Notes: generated by a model not told the origin, from the letters alone. A stretch of DNA of 64,000 bases from Octopus sinensis (GCF_006345805.1 NC_043005.1:29450001-29514000), one strand, 5' to 3'. Positions 1 through 13,306 are shown, numbered from the stretch's first letter. A program made the numbers and translations.

Positions 1-245
1 CACCTGGAAGACATACACAGTCAGCTCTGGGGAACCGTAGCCCATTCAAGCAGAGGGTTATTGTTTTCAGAGACATATCTGGGTATGGGTGGTTTATCTG
101 GTATTTGTTGGAGGTAATCATCTAGGGATCGCTTGAATGCCGTGAAGTCATTTTCCTCCTTTATGTATGTCTGCCACGATATTGAAGAGAGCAGAGCCAA
201 TTGTGGTGAAATAGTTCTGTCATAGTATTGTGATACGTCACGAAC
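1..245 (-). mobile_element. 3' end of a CR1/L2-like LINE ORF2 (frameshifted remnant)
   Basis: The reverse complement reads QNYFTTIGSALFNIV, then after a frameshift YIKEENDFTAFKRSLDDYLQQIPDKPPIPRYVSENNNPLLEW*. This resembles the typical CR1/L2 ORF2 C-terminus (FK..LD.FL..IPD.P...Y...N.L..W). Confidence 0.6.
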
Positions 246-269
246 ATTTCTGTCGTATTATTATTATCC

Positions 270-323
<54 letters not shown>

Positions 324-325
<2 letters not shown>

Positions 326-823
326 CAGTGGCTCTCATGGATTCTGATCTTAACTGATTGGAAGTGTTATCATGTATATTGTTTCGTCTATAAAAGATGG
401 GCTACAGCAAATATTCTGCTCAATACCACAGATTTGCTTGTCAGTTGTTTGACCTTAACCAGTTGAGCATGTCCCTTAGCGGCTTACGATATGTGCGTCT
501 TTGATCACAAGCAGAAGTAGTGGGGGAGCATCATAGCCATGTGTTGAGAGGAATTTTTTGGTGTTTGAATAATTCACCTTTGGAAACATAGGTGTTTCGT
601 TCAACATCCTTAAACAACCCTTATTCATGGACCTTTTGAGCGGGATGGGTTACTCGACCTGAAGAAAATTCTAACTAAGCCCTGCAAGGTTATGCGCTGT
701 TTATCTTGATATGAGATCACAATGTCACGCACATACGGTTATGATGCACGTGCCTGATGTACCCTTATCAAACATGTAGTCATGATGGGTATACTGGGAG
801 TCCTATATTTTACGCCAGTGTCA
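324..823. mobile_element. ~500-bp non-coding element embedded between two (AAT)n arrays
   Basis: Complex sequence with no credible ORF, bounded by (AAT)n at about 266-323 and 824-981. The context matches the AAT-embedded R4-like copies nearby. Family not assigned. Confidence 0.35.
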
Positions 824-981
<158 letters not shown>

Positions 982-1185
982 CTACCATGAAATACCACTA
1001 AGCCTTTTTCCCAGCGTGCTAACGATTCTGACAGCTCTATAATAATGATGATGATGATGATAACAATGATAATAATAACAACAACAATGATAACAATAAT
1101 AACAACAATGATAGCCATAACAACAACAACAGCAACAACAACAACAACAACAACAATAATAATAATAGTTATAGTAATAATAATA

Positions 1186-1243
<58 letters not shown>

Positions 1244-2247
1244 GCTAGGCGCATGAAAACCCGTGCCAAAACTGCGGCCTTAGATATTCTGAATAATAAA
1301 TGGCAAGAAAAACCTCTCTATGGCAAATACCCAAAGAGAGCGAATAATGCAGATATCGACAAAGCCCTGACCCATCAATGGCTAATGGCCTCTGGCTTAA
1401 AATCTGAAACAGAGGGGTTTATCATAGCAGCTCAAGATCAATGCCTACCAACAAGAAACTACCAGGCCAACATATTAAAGATCAGAAGCAGTCCAACGTG
1501 TCGTGTATGCAAGCAACAAAATGAAACCATTGACCATGTGGTCTCCAAGTGCAGTCTTCTAGCGCCTACAGAGTATCTCAACAGGCACGATAGAGCTGCA
1601 CAATATATTCACTGGGTAATCTGTAAAAACCTGGATTTGCCCCATGAAAAAAACTGGTGGGAACACAAACCACCCCCAGTGCTTGAAAATGACCACATCT
1701 CACTCCTCTGGAACTTCACCATTCAAACTGACAGGAAGATAGATGCAAATAGGCCAGACATCATATTGAAAGACTTCAAACAAAGAACATGCCTCCTCAT
1801 TGATATGACTGTCCCAATCGATATAAACGTATCTGTCAAGACCTACCAAAAACTAAGCAAATATAAAGATCTTGAAATAGAAATCAGCAAAATGTGGAAG
1901 CTGAAGACTAAAACAATACCTGTTGTCATAGGTGCCCTGGGAATGATAGCAAAAGGGGCTGATAGCTACCTAACTCAGATACCAGGAAACCCAAAAATGG
2001 CAGAAGTTCAAAAGATAGTGCTCATGGGAACTGCTCATATCCTACGCAAAATACTCTCTATGTAATCTCAAGGTTTAAAACAAACATAATTTTCGGTTTA
2101 GACATTCATTAGTACAACATCCCCACCCCCAAATATATGGCACACTAGGCATAACAACAACATGAACTTCCAACCCTGTTGTCTCTTGAGGTCTCTGGGT
2201 GAGACTTGGAGCCAACTTGTACGAATATAAAGCAAAAGTCAAACATA

Positions 2248-2248
<1 letters not shown>
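1244..2248 (+). mobile_element. 5'-truncated R4/Dong-like non-LTR retrotransposon inside an (AAT)n array
   Basis: Flanked by (AAT)n on both sides (about 1190-1243 and 2249-2300). Contains an open RT C-terminus/zinc knuckle/RLE ORF and a ~180-bp 3' UTR. Confidence 0.88.
1253..2065 (+). CDS. C-terminal fragment of R4/Dong-clade ORF: CCHC knuckle plus restriction-like endonuclease
   Basis: 270 aa with no stops: SETEGFIIAAQDQ, CRVC..ETIDHVVSKC, RHD, LLWNFTIQTD, NRPDII..LLIDMTVP, KYKDL, PVVIGALG. Confidence 0.85.
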   Translation: MKTRAKTAALDILNNKWQEKPLYGKYPKRANNADIDKALTHQWLMASGLKSETEGFIIAAQDQCLPTRNYQANILKIRSSPTCRVCKQQNETIDHVVSKCSLLAPTEYLNRHDRAAQYIHWVICKNLDLPHEKNWWEHKPPPVLENDHISLLWNFTIQTDRKIDANRPDIILKDFKQRTCLLIDMTVPIDINVSVKTYQKLSKYKDLEIEISKMWKLKTKTIPVVIGALGMIAKGADSYLTQIPGNPKMAEVQKIVLMGTAHILRKILSM

Positions 2249-2302
<54 letters not shown>

Positions 2303-2742
2303 TGTTTCTTCCGGAGTCTCTTTGATTGTGTGTTTGGTTGTCTTTTGTTTCCTTCTCTTCGTTGAATTATGGAACAATTAAAAGTTAAAATTAAAAAAAA
2401 AAATCACTGTAAGAGCGAAAACCCTACAAAATAAATGACCGGAAGCTGACTTCAAAAACAATAATTGTCCCAGCTCTAACAAGTCAATCAAAGAAGCAGA
2501 GAGAAAGAGCAGGAAAATATATAATTTACAATCAAAGATAAAGCGGGTATCCTACGCACATACGGACACGGCTGAAGAAAAATAGACACAGATGATGTAA
2601 CCTACAGACGGACACTGCTGAGGTACTTCAGTGTTGAAAGCATCACTTGATGCAACATCTCAGTTCCAAGTTTTCACATTATATGGAGGTAACACCGACA
2701 ATCTTACATAATCTATTTGATGCGACAACTCGTGTAAAAATA

Positions 2743-3159
2743 TTTATTTCTTTATTGCCCACAGGGGGCTAAACATAGAGGTGACAAACAAGGGCAGACA
2801 AAGGGATTAAGTCGATTACATCGACCCCCAGTGCGTAATTGGTACTTATTCAATCGACCCCGAAAGGATGAAAGGCAAAGTCGACCACGGTGGAATTTGA
2901 ACTCAGAACGTAGCGGCAGACGACATACCTATTTCTTTACTACCCACAAGGGGCTAAACAAAGAGAGGACAAACAAGGACGGACAAACGGATTAAGTCGA
3001 TCATATCGACCCCAGTGCGTAATTGGTACTTATTTAATCGACCCCGAAAGGATGAAAGGCAAAGTCGACCTCGGCGGAATTTGAACTCAGAACGTAGCGA
3101 CAGATGAAATACTGATGAGCGTTTCGCCCGAGGTGCTAACGATTCTGCCAGCTCGCTGC
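2743..3159 (-). mobile_element. tRNA-derived SINE with tandemly duplicated body (~193-bp unit)
   Basis: The minus strand has an A-box (tggcagaatcgttag) and a B-box (gagttcaaattcc), then the core gcctttcatcctttcggggtcgat..aagtacca twice. From memory this core resembles the MetaSINE domain. Imperfect 17-bp flanking direct repeats: actcgtgtaaaaatatt / actcgagtagaaatatt. Confidence 0.85.
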
Positions 3160-3760
3160 CCTACTCGAGTAGAAATATTGTAATAAAACAAGAAATAAAA
3201 TGAACGTAATAGAAAGAATGAAAAAGCAGAAAACTCCAGTGCTGATGTCATAACTATGGAAGTAATCAGAGCAGGACGAGAACCCTTTAGCATTCAGATC
3301 ATTCTGTCAACGCTCGTAGTTTCGAGGTTTCGATGATGTGATTGTTTATTTTTAGAATAACAATGTAGGGTAGGTATGAGAGGACGGATCTGGCCAGAAT
3401 ATTTAGGTCGGATATGGTCGGTTCAAGTGCTAAAGATAGAAAAGAGGAAAGTCACTAGGAGTTTAGGTTTGTGTGCTAGTAACCGCAGAATAATGGGCAA
3501 ATGGGCAAGAAACCCCGAAAACTGCAAGATGCGAATAGAAGTTCTTAGTAGTTCCCTCCTCGACAAACTGCATCTAAAGCCGAAATGATGATTGGCAGAA
3601 AGTTAGTTTGGTTTTAGACATAGCAGAAATGAAGTTGGCATCATTGTTATAGTGAAGTAGGAAATTGAAAAAGCAAAAGAACATTAATTGTCCTTACACT
3701 TCGACTTCGTCGACTTTAAAGTTACCATCGATGCCATCTGGTGAAAGGCTTTAAGGAAGG

Positions 3761-3842
3761 TACATTATTTACGTTATTTACATTTTTTGACAGATATTTT
3801 GTCCTCATCTTGTTTGTTGTTAACACAACATTTCGGCTGATA
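3761..3842 (-). mobile_element. 3' fragment of the tRNA-headed HHR element (see 58093-58736)
   Basis: Matches 58130-58198 (ttgtcctcatcttgtttgttgttaacac..tttcggctgata) and retains the GAAA/stem III/stem I half of the HHR. Confidence 0.75.
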
Positions 3843-3998
3843 TGTGTGTGTGTAGTCTCCGCTGCATAAACTAAACACAAACACACAAAGGGTTCACATT
3901 ATGACAGCTCTATAATAATGATGATGATGATGATAACAATGATAATAACAACAACAATGATAACAATAATAACAACAATGATAGCCATAACAACAACA

Positions 3999-4053
<55 letters not shown>

Positions 4054-4450
4054 GTGTGCGAGTGTATATGCTTTTCCATAAATATTTAATAGGTGGCTGA
4101 CAACACAATCTTCATCTTCACAACCAATGACGAATTGAAAATGTTCATCAAAACAGCTAAACGGTGAATATTTTTTAAAATGGTCCACGAAAATAAACGA
4201 CAATTAAGTACAACATCCTTTTTACTTGGAAATAAATAAATGGAGATGTAAACACGTTACAGAATTTGTTTTTTCTCGACATATGTACCAGAAGATGTGA
4301 AAAGAGAAGTAGCATTAGCATCGATAATATTTTGAAGAGTAAGAAACAAGAACCCAAACCAGAGACTCGAAATTAAGCTGCGCAATGTCCTTACTTTTCA
4401 AAAAGCCTCAACGTATTCTATTGTAGTAAAACGACCGTACGTAAAGGAGT

Positions 4451-5290
4451 TGGTGACAGAAATATCTCCTTTTTAACGCCGCACGGTCGCCGTACTAAGA
4501 AGAAGCAAAAGACATGGTATAAAGAATAAGTGCCAAAAGGAATAAGAAAGACGACACAACCGTTCTAGTGTTTGAGAGAAAGAAGTCTTTATTTACAGAT
4601 GTGTACAATAAGAGTGTGTATGAGTGCTAGCAAAATGGAGTGTATGAGTGCGTGCGACAAGTGTTTGTGTCTGTGTGTTCGTGTGTGCGACAGAAGTACA
4701 AACAAGGTGTATGCATGTGAGACAGAATACAATACAGAGCATAGAATGAGTCTCCCGGGATATTTCAGACAAGATGGAGTTAATTTACCAGTTTGTAGTA
4801 AGGTTACACAATAGTAGTTCGTTCTATCTCAAGGAGGTCGGTGATCACAAGTGCAGATGCTGGTTGAACACATGTCGTGTAGCGGTTATGGCTTCAATGC
4901 TGTGCCGAGTCACTTGGTGCAGAAAATTCTCGCAGGCTGACTGAGCTGTTCACCAGCATGTAATGTTAAACCTGAGCGAGTTGCTGTGTACGTAGACATG
5001 TTGGTGATGTCGATAAGCTAAGGCGACGGTGGTAATGACGGCGTCAAAGTGAAGTCGACGATGGTGATGGCGACGGTGAAGAAAGGCGTCGTTGTGTTGC
5101 TGCATGTTGGTCTCGTCGCGGCTGGAGCAGGAACTGGCTGGTCTGGTCGCTGGAACATGGTTGTGTCGCTCTGTAGTCAGAGGTTAGTCCTTAGAAAGAC
5201 CAGAACCTAAGATGAATGATAGTCTGTCGATCTAGCCTTTTTAAAGGGTTTAGGTGGCTTAAAACACGGCATCAGAAAAACAGTGTCACA
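4451..5290 (-). mobile_element. Possible solo LTR
   Basis: The minus strand starts TGTGACA and ends TGTCACCA. It has a TATA-like cctttaaaaagg and an AATAAA ~130 bp from the end. No TSD found. Confidence 0.3.
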
Positions 5291-5827
5291 GGACCTTATT
5301 GGAAGGCTCTGATTGATTGGTTCACACATTGGCGCGAAATAAGTCAAGAGACAAACTACGCCAATGCCAACTAATCAGAGCAGTGGACACAACAGGGTCC
5401 AAATAGCCGAAGATGGTTGCTATCTAACATAAGATCATTTCTAATATATCTCTCAAACAGAGAGGATATCACCGAGCCACGCTACACTATGAAAACGTAA
5501 GCCTTAAAATGTAAAGATACCCACAAATTAGAAGTTTTTAAAGTGTAGTGCTTAGCAGTTTATACTAGGAACATTATTATGAGTCAATTAAAGAAATATC
5601 TCCATAAAGAAATCTCTTCGCATGACATTCAACATTCCCGAGGAAATAGGAAGGTAAAAACTAAAATAGTTCACCTACGTAATAAATCCATCCAACAACC
5701 ACGCAGCGCCGGTGTTACATCAAAACTTCTCCGGCGTCAGATTACGCCGCAGATAGCTCGTCAAAGGATTACCTATTGAGGGTAAAGAATCCAATTTGAA
5801 GCGTTGTTGGCGGTGGTGCAGCTGGCA

Positions 5828-5887
<60 letters not shown>

Positions 5888-6012
5888 GAGGGAGACATGA
5901 AGAGAGAGAGAGAATACGGAAGGGACTAAGCGACTAATGCAAAGTAACACTACACACATTTATGGATACACGTACACGCAGATAGATAGATGCATATATA
6001 AATAAACATAAA

Positions 6013-6059
<47 letters not shown>

Positions 6060-6687
6060 CCATAATCACGTAAACGTATGTACACGAATATAGTGGAAGT
6101 GTAGAAAAAACACCCATCTCCTTTTACTTCGATTTCCGGTGTATGTGTGCGCACACACACACACATCAATATCTTGCTTAAATAAAAACTTAATAGTTGC
6201 ACAAAATAAATGCAAAACATTCATAATGAGTGCATTTAAATATAAAAAAAGGTTAATTGCATCGGTAATGTGTGCGTGCAAGTTCGTTCATGCCTGCAGT
6301 CATTTAGTTAGCGAGTTGATGTCACCACGTTCTCTCCGTTACTCTCTAGTCATAAAAACTTTTGAATTAAATCATTATGAATTAATTCAAACACCACGCA
6401 AAAGCTGGAGGGGATCTAGAGATGGAAACTCCTGTTTATTCCATCACCCTTTAAAGGATTCACGAAGCTTTTTGATATATTCAAAAGAGCTATGGAGATT
6501 CTCAAGTCACAAGATTAAAATTTCGAACAAAGTGAAAAAAGTTGCTACAAATCTAACGTGAAATTAGAAAAGAAAATAACTGTAGTAGGTGAAACCAGGA
6601 ACTCTGAATGCCTTTATAAAGAAATAAAATGTGAACTAAATATAGGCGACAAAACTACGTTAAGTGAGGAACCAAAACGAACAGCAA

Positions 6688-6880
6688 AGATGGCGAACTG
6701 GCAGAGTCCTTACCGTGCCGCATAAAATGCTTAGCAGCATTTCTTCCGGCTTTTTATGGTCTAAGTACAAATGCCGGGCGAGGTCTATTTTGACTTTCGT
6801 TCTTTCGGAGTTGATAAAATAAGGTATCACCTGAGCATTAGGATCGATGTAATCAACATGCACCTCACCATAAAATTGTT
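6688..6880 (+). mobile_element. Old, degenerate copy of the tRNA/Meta-like SINE
   Basis: gatggcgaactggcagag head and ctttcggagttgataaaataagg core. It accounts for ORF 6660-6971. Confidence 0.6.
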
Positions 6881-6996
6881 GACCTTGTGCTAAAAGTAGG
6901 AAAAAATAATCATTACCCGAATAGAGCCCAAATATTAAGCTTAAATATAAGATTGTATTTAAAAAAATCACGCTCTGCTTTCCTTAATTCTTTTGA

Positions 6997-7475
6997 GTTA
7001 GAATTCTTAACACCCAACGAACAGACATTTTCACCAAAAAATGATTCGATCAACCATCGCTAAATCAATTCACAGTGTCCTCTCTCGTACCACCATACTC
7101 ATCTACATTCTTTCATAGGATACTCATCAATGTTTCTCTCAGGCGATTCATTTTCGGGATCTCTTCTTAACAACAACAGTCAACACCCTAACGTTTGACT
7201 GTTGCGTATGAAGAACAGTCCTCATTGTACACGTTTTGCATGCAATCATAGACTTCCCGCTGTGCAATCTTCTCCAAAGTCAAAAATTCAATAACAGCGC
7301 GATACTTCAATTTTCTGATTTCCTGATTCTGATTTTCGTCAGCTTATCGTCAATTGCTTCAATTTTTGATCATTTCAAGAGTGTAAACCGACAATAAAAT
7401 AATTACCGATGTTGATTTTTCAAGTCACGCAAAGCGCACTGACAAATTTTAAACATATTCGTATAATAACGACGT
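6997..7475 (-). pseudogene. Mariner transposase N-terminal fragment (HTH to WVPR motif)
   Basis: The reverse complement gives KLKYRAVIEFLTLEKIAQREVYDCMQNVYNEDCSSYATVKR and later KMSVRWVLRIL (WVPR-like). Confidence 0.7.
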
Positions 7476-8004
7476 ATAACCATAGAATTTACGTTGCCAT
7501 AGAAATTACAAGTGTTATGAATTTTCCTGAAAAATAATACGAATCGCCAGAAGATTTAGTGAATACGTACCTCTCGCTAATAAACAGCTGTTTATAAACA
7601 AAACTTTGTATATAAATATTTGTTACACAACGTAATGTCACGTGCAAGTTTTTAATATTTTGCAATGTCTTACATTATGACCATTTTTGGCGATTAGTAT
7701 GGAGCTAATAGACTCGTACCGAGAAACATAGTGGCAGTTTTGTTAAATACGGAGAATAGGAGCTGCCGTTCAACTGAATTTAATTTCGTTTCTTAAGCTT
7801 GAAAATATTTTCTTCTTTACCATGTAATATGCTGCATAAAAATATCATCATCATCATCATCATCATAATCGACAACTGTCGTACAAAAACAGATACAACA
7901 GTGGCAAAAGACCGCTTTATAATTGGTACTGTATCCATGGAGGTGAAAAGAAGAAATCGTCGAAAGTGAAGAACCAAGAACGGTGGGCAAGGCTGCAAAA
8001 GTGT

Positions 8005-8076
<72 letters not shown>

Positions 8077-8329
8077 GTACAAGAGTGCATGTAAATGAAG
8101 TGAATGACAAACAAATGTGATGTTGCATGAGAATAAGAATGACAAATGGGGGAAAGAGGAAGAGAGAGGGAGTGAGAGAGTGGTGGCTGGTAGGACAAAA
8201 ATGGTGATATGATATTGTATGTAGTAACAAGTTCTGCTTTCATTAATTACAGCAGCAGAATAATACAGTATAGGTAGGAGAATGATGGAGGCATGAATGA
8301 TAGGAAGATGATAAAACGAACTCATGCAT

Positions 8330-8370
<41 letters not shown>

Positions 8371-8447
8371 ACACACACACACACACATAAATACGTATAT
8401 ACATATAGGTATATATATAGATACATATACATACATACATACATACA

Positions 8448-8483
<36 letters not shown>

Positions 8484-8489
8484 TATATG

Positions 8490-8518
<29 letters not shown>

Positions 8519-8520
<2 letters not shown>

Positions 8521-9523
8521 TGGGTCATCCCCAAAATAATGTGGTTTTTAAAAATAATTCTTTTTTCAAAATTAAGATAAAGTTCTTTTTTAATCTAAAA
8601 TATACTATCCTTCATTTTCTACACTATTCTTCCATCTTATCTGGTAGACTTGCAAGGTCCTTCTTTCAAAATCCACTGTCCATGATGAAAAATACTCCTC
8701 CAGTACTGTTCTGATCTCGTCTACAGAATTCATATTTTTTCCGTCCAAATGATTTTGAAGACTGTGGAATAAATGATGATTAGATACTGCAAAGTCTGGT
8801 GAATATGGTGGGTGGAGCTTTGTTTGGCATTCAAATTGCTCCAGCCTTTCGAATGTCATCCTTGCTGTATGTGGCCGAGCATTATCCTGATAGAAGAACA
8901 CCTTCCGTCTTGAAATCAAAGATGGTCATTTTTCTTCTAGCGCTGACTTGAACCGCTCAAACTGTTCGCAGTAGATCTCCTTTTTTATCGTTTGGTTTCC
9001 ATTTAAAAGTTCAAAGTGGACTAAACCTTTCATATCCCACCAAACAGAAAACAATACTTTACGTGGGTGAAGACCATTTTTAGCCTGGTGTGCTGGTGTT
9101 TCTCCCTTCCCTATTCATTGTCTTCGGCACTTGACATTTTTATAGAGAACCCATTTCTCGTCACCAGTCACTATTCGGTCCCAAAAAAGATTCATTCGTG
9201 AGAGGTAACAACAAAGGAGAGCACACATTCGTTCTCTGCGAGCGATTAGACTCGGAAAGTTTGTGAGGAATCCATTGATCCAATTTGCTGACTTTTTCGA
9301 TGGCACACAGTTATCGATAAATGGTTGAATGACCAAATCCAAGCTTCTCTGTTAGTTCCTCAACAGTTACGATGGGATTTTGTTTCACCAGGGTTTGCAG
9401 GACGTCCTCGTCGAGCTCTACAGATCTTTCAGGATGAGACTCGTCATCTAGGCTGCAGTTTCCGGCTCGGAATTTCGGAACCACCGTTGACACAGGCTTA
9501 CACTTATCGTCCGATCCGCATAT
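8519..9523 (-). pseudogene. Decayed mariner (DD34D) transposase with one TIR
   Basis: Frameshifted segments FRAGNCSLDDE.., DRIVTGDEKWVLY, QDNARPH and HPPYSPDFA..HHLF. TIR-like ttgggtcatccccaaaataatgtggttttt at 8520. Confidence 0.85.
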
Positions 9524-9745
9524 ACTGTTCTTCATGCGCAACAGTCAAACGTTAGGGTGTTGATTGTTGTTGTTAAGAAGAGATCCCGAGAATGATCCCT
9601 ATGAAAGAATGTAGACGAGTATGGTGGTACGAGAGATAGGACACACTGCGAGTTGATTTAGCGATGGTTGATCGAATCATTTCTTTGAATATTTGAACAC
9701 GACTAAAATGTCTGTTGGTTGGGTGTTAAGAAATCTAACACAAAA
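9523..9745 (+). pseudogene. Fragment of the same mariner family as 6997-7475, opposite orientation
   Basis: Reverse-complement match to 6997-7219 (SSCATVKR ... KMSVGWVLRNL). Confidence 0.7.
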
Positions 9746-9919
9746 AAATGGAGGACATAGCATTGAAAAAAATATAGCTTTGAAAAAATTACTGTTAAAA
9801 TCGAGCTGCACTCTTCAAAACTTGCACCAAGAATAAGTACAAGATAAAATTACTACCTGTCGAAAATAACAATAGCATTTAAAAATAAATTTAACTGAAC
9901 GCATGTTTTTATTGTCAAG

Positions 9920-10760
9920 TGATATTAAATTTATTCATCAATATTCCATATTTTTCACTTGAACCTTCGTAGATAAGAAATTCATAGTCATTTTTAATTT
10001 TTAAAAGAAATTCTGAGCAGCTTAGTGGAATGCTTATTTTAGTCATCAAAAAGACCCGAGATGTAGCTTCTATCCTATTACTCCTCTCGTCTAACCATGC
10101 AATATTGTACCTCAGAAAACACTCATTCAACTGGTGCAGAAATACCAGGAACACAAAGAATGTATTCTACTTCATTTAAATTTACTAACATGTGTTTTTC
10201 TTCGCAATGAACAAATAAAGTAAATGACACTTTTCTTCTTGCTTAAAAATTGTGTTATCTACAATTCTGCCTTAGAATCTCAAAAGCTCTTTGCAATAAC
10301 AGATTCGTCAAATAATCGATCAATATTTATAATTTGCTTTCCGATCCTTTTGTTGATCTTAACTGTAGACTGCTGGACACTTGGTCAAACTATTTCTCCA
10401 TTGTTTAATCACACAGTCTTTCGCCTGACCAAAAGGTGCAGATGTAAGAATATTTGAAAATTATCACAATAAGTGCCTCAATATCAGTTGGTAACAGTTC
10501 GAAAACAGTTGTGCATCATGTGTGCAACCTAGCCAATACCAACAAGGCCGTTTTCAAGTTTGGTTTTTAACCGGATAAATTATGCTGTTCTTGCCTTTAC
10601 GTTTCACACCACCAAAGTTTTTGAGTTGCAGTTTGTCTCTACAAAATCCAACGAAGTTTCTCATCAACTCGTGAGTGCCAATATCTGAGGCTAAGGTGTT
10701 TGTCAGGATCTCACTCGTCTCAAATGGAACAGTGCACAGATCCAAAAATTTGAGTTGTAG
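9920..10760 (-). pseudogene. Decayed hAT transposase (C-terminal half with dimerisation domain)
   Basis: The reverse complement gives GLVGIG*VAHMMHNC, DIEALIVIIFKYSY, CVPGISAPVE*VFS, and WLDERSN..CSEF..IKN..SSEKY. Confidence 0.65.
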
Positions 10761-11256
10761 CCTTTGTCCAAGGATGTAATATTAAAGAATATAAAGTATC
10801 ATTTAAACATCTTTTCGATCCGAAGCATCCATAAAAATTCTCTCAAAGTTTTCCTCTGTTAGGTCTTTAGCAAAGTTCAAATTAAAAACGTGGAGCGATT
10901 ATATTTGAAATTATGATTTCAAATTTTGTCTGTACTATACGAAACTTTGGCTCAAACAGTTTTCAGAGTAACTTTGACAAATTGTCGGATGTTATGAAAT
11001 TCAATTTATAAGAAATGGTATGAAAACCAAAATTTGTTTCCTTAGCTGTAACGAGAAGCTCCAACACGATCATTTCGGACATTTCTAAAGAATATCTAAT
11101 CGTAACAAACTAACAGCAGATACTGTTCTGTACCTTTTGATATCCCAAATGATCCTTAATATCGACAGAGAACTTCGCAAACCAGTCAATCCATTTTGCT
11201 CTGAGAGCACAAAGTATATTTGGAGAAAGGTGTAATCCAGCTTGTGCTTTTCCATA

Positions 11257-11762
11257 TCTATATATATAAAACTCTAGTTGTGTGAGTGTCTGTCCCCTTC
11301 GATTTAGATTCCTAACTACTCCCACATTTTGCGGTGCAGTTTAACCAAATTCGGGTATCTTATAGTCGTGATTCATATCGAGCCCGTCTGACTATTAGCG
11401 CGCGTCAACGATGAGTCTACGATTTTAAAAATAATTTAACATCATTTTTTATTCCATTTTAATGCATAAAATGCATCGTATGTCGATGGCGGCGGAGTTG
11501 GCGTCCACGCTCACAGTTGCACCTGTTTGCTTCTCCCCCTTCCCTCCCTCGTGAAGCTGTGGGGAAGGGAGTGTAAAGAAATCAACGTCGTAATGCGTTG
11601 TGAAGGAAACCAGCGTTCTTTTAGAACAACGACTTCATGGCTTGAAGACACCAAAACAAAAATGGCTAAGAAAGCCCGAATTTATAAGGGAAGTAACTCT
11701 CTAAAAATGCTTATATAGTTATTTCCCTTACAAACCCGAGCAACGCCGGGCGATACTGCTAG
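11257..11762 (+). mobile_element. Non-autonomous Helitron
   Basis: Starts 5'-TC(tatatatataaaa). Has a subterminal hairpin cccgagcaacgccggg (11735-11750) and ends CTAG-3'. Inserted between A and T with no TSD. Confidence 0.85.
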
Positions 11763-12397
11763 TTATATATATATATGTATTCGCTCTTTTCTGTATTGTA
11801 AGAATGAATAAAAATTGTTGAAGGAAATATGTATGAAACAGTTACGTAAAGTGAAATATGAAATATGTATGAAAGTTGGTTTATTCTGGGATATGTGAAC
11901 ACAAGGAAAAATTCATCACAGTCAATAACGAAGCAAGGAGAACTGACAACATGTGCACATCAAACTGTTTATTCATGAAACAACGAAAAAAAATTCATTC
12001 TTACTTCATTCAAAAGTGTGTATAAAAGGAATTAAGTATGGTTGCCAAAACCCCCATCAGTTATCCAGCATTTCCCTGCGACTTGGTTAAGAAAGAGTAA
12101 AAGATAAAAGACAGAATCAGAGCAAAAGAGATGAGTCGGTCAGTTGTCAGCGACGAGTTGTAGAAAATTTGGTAAATGTCTTGGAAGCTCCACTGTATGT
12201 CTCTGTTTCTCACGAAAGGCATGTCTTAAATAAGACCGAATGTTATCTGTTATTAATGTGTGAACAGATCAAGGTTCAGAGAATTCTATTGTTTCTCTCA
12301 GCCCATGGAAATTTTCTGCTTCCAACTAGTTTCCTAGGAACCATCTCGTTTCTCAATGGCCATTCTGGATTTTCTTTTCAATAGAAAAGGAGGCGCA

Positions 12398-12515
12398 AGT
12401 ATGGCTATGTGATAAGAAGTTTGCTTTCCAGCCACATGGGTCCGGGTTCAGTCCTGGTGCACAGCATCTACGTGGATTTGGTAGACGGAAACTGAAAGAA
12501 ACTAGTCGCGTGTGT
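12398..12515 (+). mobile_element. 5' part of a second tRNA-derived SINE family (CORE-like)
   Basis: tggctatgtgataagaagtttgc ... gggttcagtcc ... ggatttggtagacggaaactgaaagaa. Related pieces lie at about 14790-14950, 27295-27525(-), 42215-42920, 43110-43310(-), 46985-47350(-) and 49810-50020(-). Confidence 0.7.
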
Positions 12516-12517
12516 TG

Positions 12518-12561
<44 letters not shown>

Positions 12562-12699
12562 TATATATATATTATATATATTGTTATATTTCGGAATGGT
12601 CATATTGCCAGTTTAGCCAATAAAAACACACGCACTATATATTTGGTGTTATTTTGCTTCAGTGATATTTATTTTTTACATTAATCTTAATCTTATTTC

Positions 12700-12744
12700 G
12701 GCCAGAGTTCTTTCGTCACACTCCGGTGACCGCATCAGTGGTCC
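12700..12744 (-). ncRNA. Hammerhead-like motif (variant core CUGAUGC) in the left pLTR
   Basis: ggacca CUGAUGC g gucac-loop-gugac GAAA g aa c UC uggcc. Stem I is cca/ugg plus gg/cc, stem II has 5 bp, and stem III is minimal. Confidence 0.45.
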
Positions 12745-13102
12745 TTTGTTTTCTTCTTTCGTATTTGTGTCTCTCCTTACTAACCATCAGCCATTTTGTA
12801 TTTCAATTGTATGTCTTCATTTGCGCATGCTTATATCTCTATGTGCGTCTATGTTTATTTAGTGTGTGTGTGTAGGGAATGCCTGTAATATTTGTATCTT
12901 CTGTTTATATACATTCATGTAATTTGTATTTTGTTTTTGTTGTTGTTGCTTTTGTTCTAATTTTGTTCATGTGTTTACATCCACCCATTATTATCATTAC
13001 ATATGCTTGTATGTATGTATAACAACAATATTAGTAATAATAATAATAAATCTAATCGAAAAAAAAAAATATATATATATACATATACACATATATATAC
13101 AC

Positions 13103-13198
<96 letters not shown>

Positions 13199-13306
13199 TA
13201 TACATTCATATACATATATAGACATATATACATATATATAGTTATTCATTTCTATTTGTTTATTTATCTGTGTATTTATTTATTATGTTTTCAGGATCCT
13301 CTATCG

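Noticed and set aside
2590-2655. HHR-like hairpins (cagacgg acactg..cagtgt tgaaa gcatc..gatgc)
   Set aside because: The core deviates at several positions, and no UH site or stem I could be paired.
6997-9745. Inverted repeat 6997-7219 / 9523-9738 as TIRs of a novel composite element
   Set aside because: Both are internal fragments of the same mariner coding region, not termini.
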